Made by a program: the position numbers and the translations under genes
Notes under the pieces: model-generated
Database searches by the model: none
The model's input: the letters and a program-made list of their open reading frames with translations, nothing else
Told to the model about the DNA's origin: nothing
Shown: positions 1 through 13,070 of the stretch, piece after piece
Layout of the letters: the number at the start of each line of letters is the position of its first letter
How positions within the stretch are numbered: position 1 is the first letter of the stretch
Assembly: GCF_004010195.1 (NCBI RefSeq)
Contig: NC_057755.1
Location: forward strand, 10,201,989-10,265,988
Reading direction: 5' to 3'
DNA: 64,000 bases
Origin: Chiloscyllium plagiosum
Lineage: Eukaryota

Positions 1-1738
1 CACCAATCTAATCTTGACTCTTATCTCCAGCATCTGCAGTGCCTTCTTCTGCCTGGTTGGATTGAAAGGTCTGTTTCAATGCTATGTGACTCTATGACTT
101 AACTTTACCATGAGTTTGGAATTATGCGGGGAGACATAACACAAAGATTTGTCCACAATCTCAGATGTGTTATTGGGTTTTTTTTTTCAAATACAATTTA
201 TAAAATTAATTCATTCTCTGTTACCTTCAGTGTACTGAATATGTACGGAAATAGATGCTGAGACACACACAAGCTGAACAGCAACATATGGGAGTCAAAT
301 ATTCTACTTTTCCTGCAATATACTAGACATGTACAGTGAAGACAGCCAAAACAACTGACTGATGGTGGGATAAAATTGTTCTAAGAAACCGGAGGTTTGA
401 AGCTGGTGTGAGGACTGATAAAGACAGAAAATGTAGAGTGTGAATAAAGAGGCTATTTTCAGGGTGTTAGGCTGGTATTACTGGGTGCAACAAAGATCAT
501 CGCTGGAGAGATAACTCTTTTAAATCCTCACTGATGACTGACATGTTGGGATAATGTGTTATTTTGATGATTTCACAAAGTTAGGTGAGAGAGGAAAATG
601 CAAGAGAGATATAAAATGTCTGCAAAATGCATTGCATAGGTTCAATGAGTGAGTGATCGAGAGATAATATGTACAACATAATGTCAAAAAATGTAAGCGT
701 TTGATCCATAATTTTAGTCTTGTGAGTGTCTCAGACTGTTGTTCCTTTCTTAGACAAAGTTGGAAGTCACACGACACCAAGTTATATTCCAACAGGTTCA
801 TTTAAAATCACAAGCTTCTGGAGACTGCTCCTTCCTCCAGTAACATAGGGAGAGTGTACGGGCACAGAACATTTAGGCAGAGACACAATGGGAAGAATAT
901 TCAACGTAATTTAGCGTGTCAACGGTTAATTGCAAATAGTGTGAGTGGGATATCAGCAGGCTGAGTAGCCAGTGTTTACAGTTAATCAAAGTGTCAGACG
1001 GGGTAAGTAAAGTGTCAACAGCTGAATATCAAATGAATGGATGACTTCTGACTTTATCCACCATAGTCCAAAACCAGCACCTCTGTATTTTTAGACCATG
1101 ATCCTTTCCTAATTCAAGAAACATCAACATTGCTTTCCCTCTGTCTGAACAAACAGTTTTCATTATTATTTTGAACCTTTTCAATTCAAGAATACGATGA
1201 GCTTGTGCTAGTTCACCCCTCATCACTGAATCCCTGCTATGCAGATATCATTCTGATGAATCCATACAGTACTGAAATTATCATGGACTGCGTATTCATC
1301 GCTCTTTCTTGCTTTTCCCTATTTACAAAGTCAATGTCAGTAATGTGATAACATGAAATGGCCCGGTGAACAAAACTAAATTGGCTGACTGACTGGCACT
1401 TGAGAAATTATTATCAGTCTTGCACATTAAAACACATCTCATGCTTTGTGCACTCTCATCTCTCACCCTCTTGCATATGAAATACAGCGAAATGTGACGT
1501 GATACACTTTGGATGTTAGACTGAGGAGGGCCAATACAAACGAAATGTGCAATGTTAAACCAGGTGCAGGAACAAACAACCTTCAGTTTCCGCCTAACAT
1601 CCTCCCAGCACTGCAAAGATGCACATGCATAAAAAGTTTTTTTATTTCACGCATTTCTACATTATACAAATATTCATTTTATTTGTAGAAGGAGTGTATG
1701 GAGAGGGCTGACAGAAAGAATATGTAAGTTTCAATTGA

Positions 1739-2030
1739 TTAAGATGTGTCTTCCAGATTCTGTTGAAATCCAGGGGTAACTGTAGATGTGTTCTTCACAT
1801 TGACTAGTTCCTTCTGAGATGTTGTATTTGAGAGCAATGGCATTATAACTTTAACAAGTCCCTCTCTACGGTACTGAAAATCTTCATCTGATGGCATCTG
1901 ATGTGATTGGATGTTTACATCACCCTGCATCTCCCTCTAATAAAGTAAACTTGCTGAGACTTCTGGCATGTTTCTGAATTCCTCACCTCGGTTCTGATCT
2001 ATGTAATGTGCACACAGCTATAAGAAACTT
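1739..2030 (-). pseudogene. Diverged, truncated type E exon copy
   Basis: EEFRNMPEVSASLLY*REMQGD...NTTSQKEL homology; TAG at 1937-1939. Confidence 0.6.
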
Positions 2031-3226
2031 CTTCTGAAAGAATTCAAGCGTTAAACCAAACAGTTGCAGAGTACTTTTCCTGCTTTGGGTGGTATCTGGG
2101 TTGGACAGGGTGAAGTACATTTTTCAAACACTTGACACTTTCCGTGTTGTCCAAATTCAATTACCTTCAGGTCCTCACTATTTCTTAACATTATTATAAC
2201 AATGTTATTCACCGGCCTTTTTGTAAATAATTTAATATTACTCATGAAAATCGATTCCTGAGTTGTTGCCTTAAAAGCATTTTGCATTCGTTTCACAAAT
2301 GTGTTCTCCGAACAATAATGTCACTTAATATTTTATTCAGGAAAATACATTGAGTCTGATCCCTCAAGATTCCTGTTCTATTCTGTTACTGTGTATTGAC
2401 TCTCAGACATGCACAAGCGGTACAGCAGCAGATAGGAGTGGATCGTTAACAATTTCCTGCAGTGAACTGGGCATGTACAGTGACGAAACTTGTGATGGGT
2501 TGGAAGAATTTGAAGGAATTGGGGGGGTTAGATTAGAATGGTGCTGGAAAAGCACAGCAGGTCAGGCAGCATCCGAGGAGCAGGAAAATAATTGTTGAGG
2601 CGAGGGTGAGATTTGCAAACACAACAATGTTGAATGAACAAATCCAGGTATTGTTGAACAAGGAGCCAAAGGTTGTCAGTGAGTTCAGGTAGTGATGGGG
2701 AAAAACAGACTTGGTGTGAGAATTAATAAGGTCCAGAAAACCGACTGTAGGAAAAATAAAACAGGACATTTTCATGCTGATAGACTGGCATTAGTGGGTG
2801 CCTCAAGAGGGATGAGTATATACAAACGATGAATTGTGAGGTCAGTGACTGTATTATAGGAGTCACAAATTGTTTTGAATATTTTGGAGAGTTGTAAGTT
2901 GGTGACTGGTATGTTTTCTCCAATAAACAAATTAACATCTGTTACGGAACAAGTATTTTACAGGAGAAAACTGCTGTAGTATTTTAAAATCAGGATTAAG
3001 TATAGCCTCTTTCTTGATACAAATGAGTGAAGTATAAATTGTAAATGTCTGAGCATGTCTGGAATCCTGACGACAAAGCTAACAGTCTCACACAGGGAGG
3101 AAAAACAATTAAAGCAAAAAAGAATGAGCAATTTGATGGAGGTTCACTGGATGTAACTAAATCTTTCGCTTTGTACTAATTAAACACTAAGTACCACCTC
3201 ACCGAATATATGGTCACTGGTTTCAC

Positions 3227-4284
3227 CTGCTCCCCGTCCCGTTATTTCCCAATTCGTGTCGAAAAACATGTTCATTTCACCTGAGGGCATGTTGTCACTG
3301 GGAATGCTGATTGAAATGTTGTCCACTTGTTGAAGACAAGTTAGTCTGCGATTCCTCATTGGACTGGGACTTGCAGGTGTAATCTTCACATTGCCCAGTT
3401 CATTCAGAGGTGTTGCAGTTGAGAACAATGGGATAATAGGTTTAATATGCCCATCTCTACAATGCTGAAGTCCATCCTGCACTGGTTTCTGAGGTGATTG
3501 AATGCTTACACTATCCTGGATCTCTCTGTTATGAAGTAAACTTGCTGAGTCTGTTGTCATGTTAACGGTAGGGTTCTTAGTAAGGTGGAGGAGCAGAGGG
3601 ATCTTGGGGTCTATGTTCACAGCTCTTTGACAGTTGCCACTCAGGTGGATTGAGCTTGTAAGGAGGCCTATGGTGTATTAGCGTTCATTAGCAGAGGGAT
3701 TGATTTCAAGAGTCGTGAGGTGATGTTCTAGCTGTACAGGACCTTGGTAAGGCCACATTTGGAGTACTGTGTAGGAAAGATGTGGAAGCTTTGGAGAGGG
3801 TGCAGGATGTTGCCTGGAATGAAGAATAGGACGTACGATGATAGGTTGAGAGTGCTAGGCCTTTTCTCATTGGAACGGCGAAGGATGAGAGGTGATTTGA
3901 TAGAGGTTTATAAGATGATCAGGGGAGTAGATAGAGTATTCAGAGACTTTTTCCCCGGATACAACAAAGTGTTACAAGTGGACATACATTTAAGGTGAAG
4001 GGTGGAAGGTATGGGGGGATGTCAGGGGTAGGTTCTTTACCCAGAGACTGGTGGGGGCATGGAATGCGCTGCCTGTGGGAGTGGCAGAGTCAGATCATTG
4101 GTGACCTTTAAGCGGCAATTGTATAGGTACATGGATAGGTGCTTAAGCAAGAACAAATGTTCGGCACAACATCGTGGGCCAAAGGGCCTGTTCTGTGCTG
4201 TATTGTTCTATGTTCTATGTTCTATGTTTCTGAATTCCTCACCCATGTACGGCTCCATGAAATCTCCATGCAGAACAGGAATAT
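3227..4284 (-). pseudogene. Type E exon copy disrupted by a CR1 insertion
   Basis: DIPVLHGDFMEPYMGEEFRN / NMTTDSASLLHNRE split by the LINE at 3564-4223; acceptor mutated (ccaatg). Confidence 0.75.
3564..4223 (+). mobile_element. 5'-truncated CR1 LINE
   Basis: VRPHLEYC and RLRVLGLFSLERRRMRGDLIEVYKM RT C-terminus; (TTCTATG)n tail; atgtt repeated at both junctions. Confidence 0.9.
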
Positions 4285-5392
4285 CATTGGAAAGAAACAA
4301 ATGTTTAAAAAAAATGAAAACCACAAGTATTTCTCTTCCACTGGGTTTTAAGTGGAGTGGGCACTCTGTAATGTCTTGTTCAAAAACCTGATATTTTCCG
4401 TTTTGTCCACTTTCAAATACCTTCAGGTGTTCATTATTGCGAAACATTAGTTTTAACAGCATAATTAATTAAAAAATTTACCTACTTCAATATGAGAAAC
4501 GAAATCCCCAGTTGTTACCTGAAGAGCACTTTGCAAATATTTGAAGAATTTGATCTCCCAACATTAATGTCACTTCATTTTACACTGAACAGATGAAGAG
4601 TCAATCCCCACAAGATTCCTTTACACCTCTGTTACTGTATATTGACTCTGAGACGCAAATGATCTTTTACAGTAACAGATGGGAGTGAATCATTTTCTGC
4701 TCCCTAGCAGTATGCATATTTAATGAAGAAACATAAAGAAGCTGATTTATGATGGGATGAAACAGTTTGAAGGAAACGGACGGATTTTCAAACATTGCAA
4801 TTGAGAGTTATCAAATCCAGGTGTTGTTGAACTCAGGGCAAAATGGATCCCAGTGAGTCTAGCCAGTGATGGGGAAATGGGACTTGGTGAGAGGATTGAT
4901 AAAGGACAGGGAAATAGACCGTGGACAACCACGGTATTTTCATGCTGGACAGACAGGTATTAGTGCGTGCTCTAAGAGTGATAAGAATATCCAAACTGTG
5001 ACATGTCAGGCCAGCAACTCTATTGTAGGAGTGTCACGTTTTTTCTGAAAATCTCGGAGAGATTCAAAAAGACATCAGGATAGTTTTATCTAAAAAAAAG
5101 TCAACATCCAAAATGATTCAATTACTTTACAGAACAAACCAGCCACTTTAAACTTTGAAGCAGGATTCTACGTAACTTCTTTCTTGAGATAAGTTAATGA
5201 AGTATAAATTGTAAGTATCAGAGCATGTCTGCATTCCTGATAACAATGTTAACAGTCTCACACAGGAGAGAATAACAAATAAAGTAAAAGAGAATGAACA
5301 CTTTGCTAGTGGTTCCCTGGATGAAATTAAATCTTTCTCGGTATATTAATTAAACACAATGTGACCACCGAATGCATGGTCACTGTTCTCAC

Positions 5393-5785
5393 CTGTTCCA
5401 ATTCTCTTTGTTCTTCCAGGCGTGTCGAAAAAAGTGTTCATTCCATCTGGAGGCATGTTGTCACTGGGAACGATGATTGAAATGTTCTCCTTTTGCTGAA
5501 GACCAGTTGTTTTGGGATCTCTCTTTGGACTGGGACTTGCAGGGGTACTCTTCACTCTGTCCAGTTCATTCTGAGGTGTGGTATTTGAGAAAAATTGGAT
5601 CATATTTTCAACATGTCCGACTCTACAATACTGCAATTCATCCTGCAGTGGATTCTGAGGTAATTGAACGTTTCCACCATCCTGGGTCTCCCTGTTATGA
5701 CGGAAACATGCTGAGTCTGTTGTCATGTTGCTGAATTCCTCACGCTTGTGCGGGTCCATGTAATCTCCATGCAGAACAGGAATAT
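5393..5785 (-). CDS. Tail exon type E, 393 nt, phase 1-1 (DIPVLHGDYMDPHKREEFSNMTTDS...KRIGT)
   Basis: ttccttgaag| acceptor, CAG|gtgaga donor, fully open (ORF 5346..5759). Confidence 0.55.
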
Positions 5786-6583
5786 CTTCAAGGAAAAAAA
5801 AGCAAATGTATAAAAAGAATAAGAAAGCACAATTATTTCGATTTCTTTGATGTTAATGTTGGCTGGGCACAATGTAATACGCTTTTCAATAACTGGATAC
5901 TTTCTAAGTTGTCCACTTTCAAATACCTTCAGGTGTTCACTGTTCTGTAACATTATTATAACAACATAATTAATTAAACATTTTTTATACTTCAATATGT
6001 GAAATTAAAATCAATTCCACAGTTGTTACCTTAACACCATTTTGAATATATTTGAAAAAATTGTTCTCCCAACATAATGTCACTAAATTTTACACGGAAT
6101 ATGTGGAGAGTCAATCCCCCCAAAATTCTTTTATTCCTCTGTTACTGTATATTGACACTGAGACACAAATGATGTTTACAGTCGCAGATATGAGTGCATC
6201 ATTTTCTGTTCCCAAGCAGTGTACAGGACATGTGCAATGAAGAAACCGGAAGCAGCTGACTTATGATGGGATGAAACAGTTGGAAGGAAATCGAGAGATT
6301 TTCAAACATGGCAATTTAGAATGATAAAATCCAGGTGTTGTTGAACTCAGAAATTCTGAATCAAGATTTTATGTAACCTCTTTCTTGAGATAGATTAAAG
6401 AAGTATAAATTGTGAACATCAGAGCATGTCTGCATTCCTGATAACAATATTAACAGTCTCACATAGGGAGGAACAACAAATAAAGTAAAAGAGAATGAGC
6501 ACGTTGATAATGGTTTCCTGGATGAAATTAAATCTTTCTCGGTATATTAATTTAACTGAATGTGTCATGGTGACTGTTCTCAC

Positions 6584-6976
6584 ATGCACCGAGACCCTTT
6601 ATTTTCCCTGTCGTGTCAAAAAAAGTATTCATTCCATCTGGGCACATGTTACCACTGGGAACGCTGATTGTAATGTTCTCCTCTTGCTGAAGACCAGTTG
6701 GTTCTGGATTCCTCAGTCGACTGGAACTTGCATGGGTACTCTTCACATGGACAATTTCCTACTGAGGTGTTGTATTTGAGAACATTGGGATAATAGTTAT
6801 AACGTGTCCCTCTCTACATAACTGCATTTCATCTTCCAATTGTTTACGAGGTGATTCCATATTTACACAGTGTTGCTTCTCTCTATTGTGAGGTAAAATT
6901 GCTGAGACTGTTGTAGTACTTCTGAATTCCTCTCTCACTTTTGGATCCAAGGCATCTCCATGCAGACCAGCACTTT
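6584..6976 (-). pseudogene. 393-nt type E exon copy with nonsense codon
   Basis: Sister of 12103-12495; in-frame TAG at 6759-6761 where the sister has AAG. Confidence 0.65.
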
Positions 6977-7526
6977 CTTCAGAAAGAATTTAAAATGTTC
7001 TTAAACAAATGAAATAGCATCAGATGCTTCCCCTGTTTTGGTGTTTATGTCTGGGCATAACGGTTTACAGTTTTCAAAAACGTGACACTTTCCATGTTGT
7101 TCTTGTTCAAATTCCTTTAGATGTTTACTATTCTATAGCGTTAATATAACTAACTTAGCATTTTACATATTTCAATATCAGACATGAAATTCAATTCTCC
7201 AGTTCGTACCTAAAGTGCATTTTGAATATATTTGAAGAATATGCTTTCCCAACGTCGATGTCATTTAATTTAGACCGAACATTACTGGATTTTCTCCTGG
7301 TCTCTGGGCAATTAGACATCACCCTTAAGGACTGATACAGCCCACATTACTCGAATGAATAAAGAATACATATGTCCGTTCTATGAAACAAAAGAGATCT
7401 CACAGAATGCTTGTGCATGTATGCTGTTTTCATGGTCTCCATATGGATGAGGTTGTGGAGCTGAATCTCCACTCATGGCATTCCTAGGTTTAAGAGGTGA
7501 AAACAATGACTGCAGATGCTGGAAAC

Positions 7527-8026
7527 NNNNNNNNNNNNNNNNNNNNNNNNNNNNNNNNNNNNNNNNNNNNNNNNNNNNNNNNNNNNNNNNNNNNNNNNNN
7601 NNNNNNNNNNNNNNNNNNNNNNNNNNNNNNNNNNNNNNNNNNNNNNNNNNNNNNNNNNNNNNNNNNNNNNNNNNNNNNNNNNNNNNNNNNNNNNNNNNNN
7701 NNNNNNNNNNNNNNNNNNNNNNNNNNNNNNNNNNNNNNNNNNNNNNNNNNNNNNNNNNNNNNNNNNNNNNNNNNNNNNNNNNNNNNNNNNNNNNNNNNNN
7801 NNNNNNNNNNNNNNNNNNNNNNNNNNNNNNNNNNNNNNNNNNNNNNNNNNNNNNNNNNNNNNNNNNNNNNNNNNNNNNNNNNNNNNNNNNNNNNNNNNNN
7901 NNNNNNNNNNNNNNNNNNNNNNNNNNNNNNNNNNNNNNNNNNNNNNNNNNNNNNNNNNNNNNNNNNNNNNNNNNNNNNNNNNNNNNNNNNNNNNNNNNNN
8001 NNNNNNNNNNNNNNNNNNNNNNNNNN
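7527..8026. other. Assembly gap (500 N)
   Basis: Run of N. Confidence 1.
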
Positions 8027-8529
8027 CCTTGCCCTGCCTCCAGGAAGGCTGAAAGATTACGGTGAGTTTTCCCACAGTTCTGACTCTCACAACTGCCACA
8101 GTAAACTTTGAAACAGGTTTCTACGTAACTTCTTTCTTGAGATAGATCAATGAACTATAAATTGTAAGCATCAGAGAATGTCTGCATTCCTGATAACAAT
8201 GTTAATGTTAACGATCAACAGTCCATTCAACACTCCTTCCTCATCAATTTTAAATCCCTCCCATGACAAAGATACCTGCTCTGTCACAGCCTCCCTTGGA
8301 ATATTCTGCAGAAGTTGTGATTAGTCGAGTTTTCTATTGGATGCCCTTACCTCCCGTTTGCTAGTTCCGTTGTTTAATGACCTGGGCGATGTATTTATTC
8401 CCAAAGATTTAACACTGTGCAAAACCCCCCATCATATATTATCCACATTACGTTACCTAACATGAGTGGCTTTCTTTCGATAGAATTACCTGCCTCTCGA
8501 TACTAATTTAGTACAATACAAAGGCAGGC

Positions 8530-9350
8530 ATGAGGAAGTTCCACCAGTATCTTTATGGATGAGAATTTGTCATTGTATCGATCACAAATCTCAGCTCGGG
8601 CTACTGAAGGAAGACAAGGTGATGCAGCTTCCAGTCAAATTCAACGTTGGATCCTTATTCTCAGCACTTGCAAGGACAAGTTCGAACACCATCGTGGAAG
8701 CCAAGTGGCTAATGTAGATGCTTTGGGCCCCCTCCCAGTTGCAGATATTCACCCCGTTGGTGTCTTCCTTTGAAGAATCTGTTTTAGCTCAATCTTTCTG
8801 GATGCACATCCACCCACTGTGAACATTACCTGACTGTGGACACAAGAAGATCGTGTCCTGTGGACAGAAACAGCTGAGGGGCAAGTGTGATCGTCCCAAG
8901 TAATGATCACCCCCAGATCATAACCGACCTCTGCCAGGATCATCCAGGGAGTTCCAAGATGGAGATGCTGGTGAGGAGTTATGGTGACCAGGATTGAATG
9001 CCAACGTAGCTGCGTTGGTGGGATAGTGCCCCGAGTGCCAACAAGGACATGAATTGTCACCAACAGTACCCCTACATTCATGGGCACGCCCGGGAACACC
9101 CTGGATTCATTGGCTGTGCTGATCCTTTCATTGGCTGAATGTTCCGAGTCATTGCAGACGCGCATTGAAAAATGCTGGACGTACGTCAGATTTGTTCACC
9201 AAACTCAGGAGCAATGATTAACAAGGTGCAAGCATTGTTCGTGATACACGGATCCTCGGAAGTATAAGTCACTGACAATGGAATGTCATTTACCATCAGG
9301 AATTTTGAAAATTTCCTAAAGTCAAATGGCATTCAGCACATAAGGACAGT
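8530..9350 (+). mobile_element. Degenerate Gypsy LTR-retrotransposon pol fragment (RNase H end and integrase)
   Basis: IQRWILILS..FEHHRGSQVANVDAL; HPG..KM..VRSY..CPECQ zinc finger; VTDNG..F..FLKSNGIQHIRT. Confidence 0.8.
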
Positions 9351-9351
9351 A

Positions 9352-9798
9352 TTGAAAGTGTGTTGCTGGAAAAGCACAGCAGGTCAAGCAGCATCTGAGG
9401 GTGAGGAGAATTGATGTTTCGGGCATAAGCCCTTCATCAGGGATGGGTCTGATGGGCCAGGGGAGCTGAAAGATAAATGGGAGGAGGGTGGGGTGGGAGT
9501 GGGTGGGGGGGCAGGTACCAGAAAGTGGAATAGGTAGATGAAGGTGAGGGAGAAGGGGAGAGCTCGGACAGAGGGTAAAGTGAATAGATGGCAAAGGTGA
9601 TGGACAAGTCAGGAGGCAGGCTTGCAACTCGGAAAATGTGGGGGGAGGGGAAAGGAGGAAACTATTGATATCCACACTGACCCACGTGGTTTCAGGGTCT
9701 CGAGGCGGAATATGAGGTGTTCCTCCTCCAGGCATCGGGTGGTAATGGTTTGACGGTGAAGGAGGTCCAGGATCTGCATGTTCTTGATGGAGTGGGAG
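9352..9798 (-). mobile_element. Penelope-like element 3' fragment with degenerate hammerhead motif
   Basis: Same family as 19855-20780; minus strand reads CTGATGA-agggc-ttat-gccc-GAAACATC at about 9412-9440. Confidence 0.7.
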
Positions 9799-10577
9799 AT
9801 TGCTTTATTCCTCTGTTACTGTATATTGACACTGAGACACAAATGATCTTTTCAGTCGCAGATACGAGTGAATCATTTTCTATTCCCAAGCAGTGTACAG
9901 GACATGTGCAATGAAGAAACCCGAAGCAGCTGACTTATGATGGGTTGAAACAGTTTGAAGGAAATGGAGAGATTTGCAAACATGGCAATTTAGAATGATA
10001 AAATCCAGGTGTTGTTGAACTCAGAGCAATTTCGCTGTCAGTGAGTCTCGCTAGTGATTGGGAAATGGGACTTGGTGAGAGGATTGATAAAGGACAGGAA
10101 ACTGACCGTGGACAAACACGGCATTTTCATACTGATAGACCGGTATTAGTGTGTGCTATAAGAGTGATAAGAATACAGAAACGGTGACATGTCAGGACAA
10201 CAACTGTATTGTAGGAGTGTCATGTTGTTCTGAAAATGTCGGAGAGATTCAAAAATTCATGAGGCTCGTTTTATCCAAAAACAAGTCAACAGCCGAAACG
10301 ATTCACTTACTTTACAGAAGAAAACTGCCACAGTAAACTTTGAAACAGGTTTCTCCGTAACTTCTTTCTTGTGATAAATCAATGAACTATAAATTGTAAG
10401 TATCAGAGAATGTCTGCATTCCTGATAACAATGTTAACAGTCTCACGCAGGAGTGAATAACAAATAAAGTAAAAGAGAATGAGCACTTTGATAGTGGTCC
10501 CCTGGATGAAATTATTTTTTTCTCGGTATATTAATTAAACACAATGTGACCACTGAATGCATGGTCACTGTTCTCAC

Positions 10578-10970
10578 CTGTTACACTTCTCTTTGTTCTC
10601 CCAGCCGTGTTGAAAAGACTGCTCCTTGCAGCCGGAGGCATGTTGTCACTGGGAACGCTGATTGAAATGCTCTCCTTTTGCTGTCGATCAGTTGTTTTGG
10701 GATCAATCTTTGGATGGAGAATTGCAGGTGTACTCTTCAATTTGTCTAGTTCATTCTGAGGTGGTTGATGTGAGAAAAATTGGACCAAATTTTTAACACG
10801 TCCGATACTACAATGCTGCAGTTTATCCTGCTGTGTTTTCTGAGGTAATTGAACGTTTGCACCATCCTGGGTCTCCCTGTTATGAAGGAAACTTGCTGAG
10901 TCAGTTGTCATGTTTCTAAATTCCTCACGCTTGTAAGGCTCCATGTAATCTCTATGCTGAACAGAAATAT
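10578..10970 (-). CDS. Tail exon type E, 393 nt, phase 1-1 (DISVQHRDYMEPYKREEFRNMTTDS...KRSVT)
   Basis: Long polypyrimidine tract with ttccttgaag| acceptor, CAG|gtgaga donor, fully open; could alternatively read through to TAA at 10531. Confidence 0.55.
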
Positions 10971-12102
10971 CTTCAAGGAAAAAAAAACAACAAAAGCATG
11001 AAAAGCATGAGAAAGCAAAATTATTTCGATTTCTTTGATGTCAATGTTGGCTGGGCACAATGTAATACGCTTTTCAATAACTGGATACTTTCTGTGTTGT
11101 CCACTTTCAAATACCTTCAGGTGTTCACTGTTCTGTAACATTATTATAACAATATAATTAATTAAACAATTTTTCATATTTCAATGTGAGAAATGAAAAT
11201 CAATTCCACAGTTGTTACCTTAACAGCATTTTGTATATATTTGAAAAATTTGTTCTCCCAACAGTAATGTCACTAAAGTTTACACGGAATATGTGACGAG
11301 TCAATACCCCGAAGATTCCTTTATTCCTCTGTTACTGTATATTGACACTGAGACACAAATTATCTTTACAGTCGCAGATACGAGTAAATCATTTTCTGTT
11401 CCCAAGCAGTGTACAGGACATGTGCAATGAAGAAACCGGAAGCAGCTGACTTATGATGGGATGAAACAGTTTGAAGGAAATGGAGAGATTTGCAAACATG
11501 GCAATTTAGAATGATAAAATCCAGGTGTTGTTGAATTCAGAGCAAAATGGACGTCACTAATCCAAGCTAACGAAATGGAAATGGTGCCTGGTGTATGGAT
11601 CAACAAAGGAAAGGAAACTGTCCGTGGGACAAACAGATCAGTTTCAAGCTGACAGACTGGTATTAGTGGGTGCTACAAGGGTGATAAGAATATACAGACG
11701 GTCAGATGTCATGTCAGTGACTGTATTGTAGGAGTGGCACTTTGTTCTGAACATATCAGACAGTGGTAAACAGGCATGAGGCTTGTCTTATCCAAAAAAA
11801 TACATGTCAACAGCCAAAATGATTCAATTATTTTACAAAAGGAAACTGCAATAGTAATTTCTGAACCACGATTTTGTGTAACTTCTTTCTTGAGATAGAA
11901 TAATGAAGTATAAATTGTAAATATAAGAACATATCTGCATTCCTGATAACAATATTAACAGTCTCACACTGGGAGGAACAGCAAATAAAGTAAAAGAGAA
12001 TGAGCACTTTGATAGTGGTTCCCTGGATGTAATTAAGTCTTTCTCGGTATATTCATTATACAGAATGTGTCAGCGGACTTCATGCATGGTCACTTTTCTC
12101 AC

Positions 12103-12495
12103 TTGCTCCTGGACCCTCTATTTTCCCTGTCGCGTCCAAAAAAGTGTTAATTCCATTTGGGCGCATGTTACCACTGGGAATGCTGATTGTAATGTTCTCC
12201 TCTTGCTGAAGAACAGTTGGTACTGGATTCCTCAGTGGACTTGGACTTGCAGGGGTAATCTTCACATGGTCCATTTCCTTCTGAGGCGTTGTATTTGACG
12301 ACATTGGGATTATAGTTTTAACGTGTCACTCTCTACATAACAGGAGTTCATCTTCCAATTGTTTACGAAATGATTCCATATTTGCATGGTGTTGCTCCTC
12401 CCTATTATGAGGTAAAATTGCCGAGACTGTTGCAGTAGTTCTGAATTCCTCACTCGCTTTTGGATCCAAGGTATCTCCAGGCAGACTAGCACTTT
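12103..12495 (-). pseudogene. 393-nt type E exon copy with nonsense codon
   Basis: ttctgaag| ... |gtgaga retained; in-frame TGA at 12326-12328 where the 6.8-kb copy has GGA. Confidence 0.65.
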
Positions 12496-12922
12496 CTTCA
12501 GAAAGAATTTAAAATGTTCGTAAACAAATGAAATAGCATCACATGCTTCCCCTGTTTTGTTGTTTATGTCTGGACATAACGGCTTACAGTTTTCAAAAAC
12601 GTGATACTTTCCGTGTTGTTCTTGTTCAAATTCCTTTAGATGTTTACTATTCTATGGCATTAATATAACCAGCTTAGCATTTTACATATTTCAATACCAG
12701 GCATGAAATTCAATTCCCCAGTTCGTACCTTAAGTGCATTTTGCACATATTTGAAGAATATGCTTTCCCAACGTCGATGTCATTTAATTTAGACCGAATA
12801 TTACTGGATTTTCTCCTGGTCTCTGGGCAATTAGACATCACCCTTAAAGAGTGATACAGCCCACATTACACGAATGAATAAAGAATAAACATGTCCGTTC
12901 TATGAAACAAAAGAGATCTCAC

Positions 12923-13070
12923 AGAATGCTTGTGTATGTATGCTGTTTTCATGGTCTCCATTTGGATGAGGTTGTGGAGCTGAATATCCACTCATGGCAT
13001 TCCTGGGTTTAATGTCATTGCAAATGTCCATAAACAGCAGTGTTTCAGTCACAACATTTTTCTCTTTGTT
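12923..13070 (-). pseudogene. Pseudo-exon, type D3
   Basis: NKEKNVVTETLLFMDICNDIKP homology; acceptor mutated to taacAA; a further partial copy at about 7403-7493. Confidence 0.6.

Larger units (their letters stand above)
1739..13070. repeat. Tandem array of ~1.5-kb units with a higher-order duplication (about 4600-7493 versus 9800-13012)
   Basis: Marker ctgttactgt(a/g)tattgac recurs near 2380, 4630, 6140, 9815 and 11330 (spacing about 1.51 kb where uninterrupted); a further fragment at about 8090-8205. Confidence 0.9.

Noticed and set aside
1594..1610. Possible terminal exon (ctttgcag|TG CTG GGA GGA TGT TAG)
   Set aside because: Phase fits but there is no independent support; the 3' end of the gene cannot be fixed from sequence alone.
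7473..8111. Long ORFs of about 200 aa
   Set aside because: Artefacts of the N gap.
11115..11132. Apparent 18-nt microexon AACAGTGAACACCTGAAG (also near 5926-5943) and a donor near 11219
   Set aside because: Open only in phase 0, so incompatible with the phase-1 393-nt exon; splice sites are lost in other copies. Probably a relic of a decayed exon.
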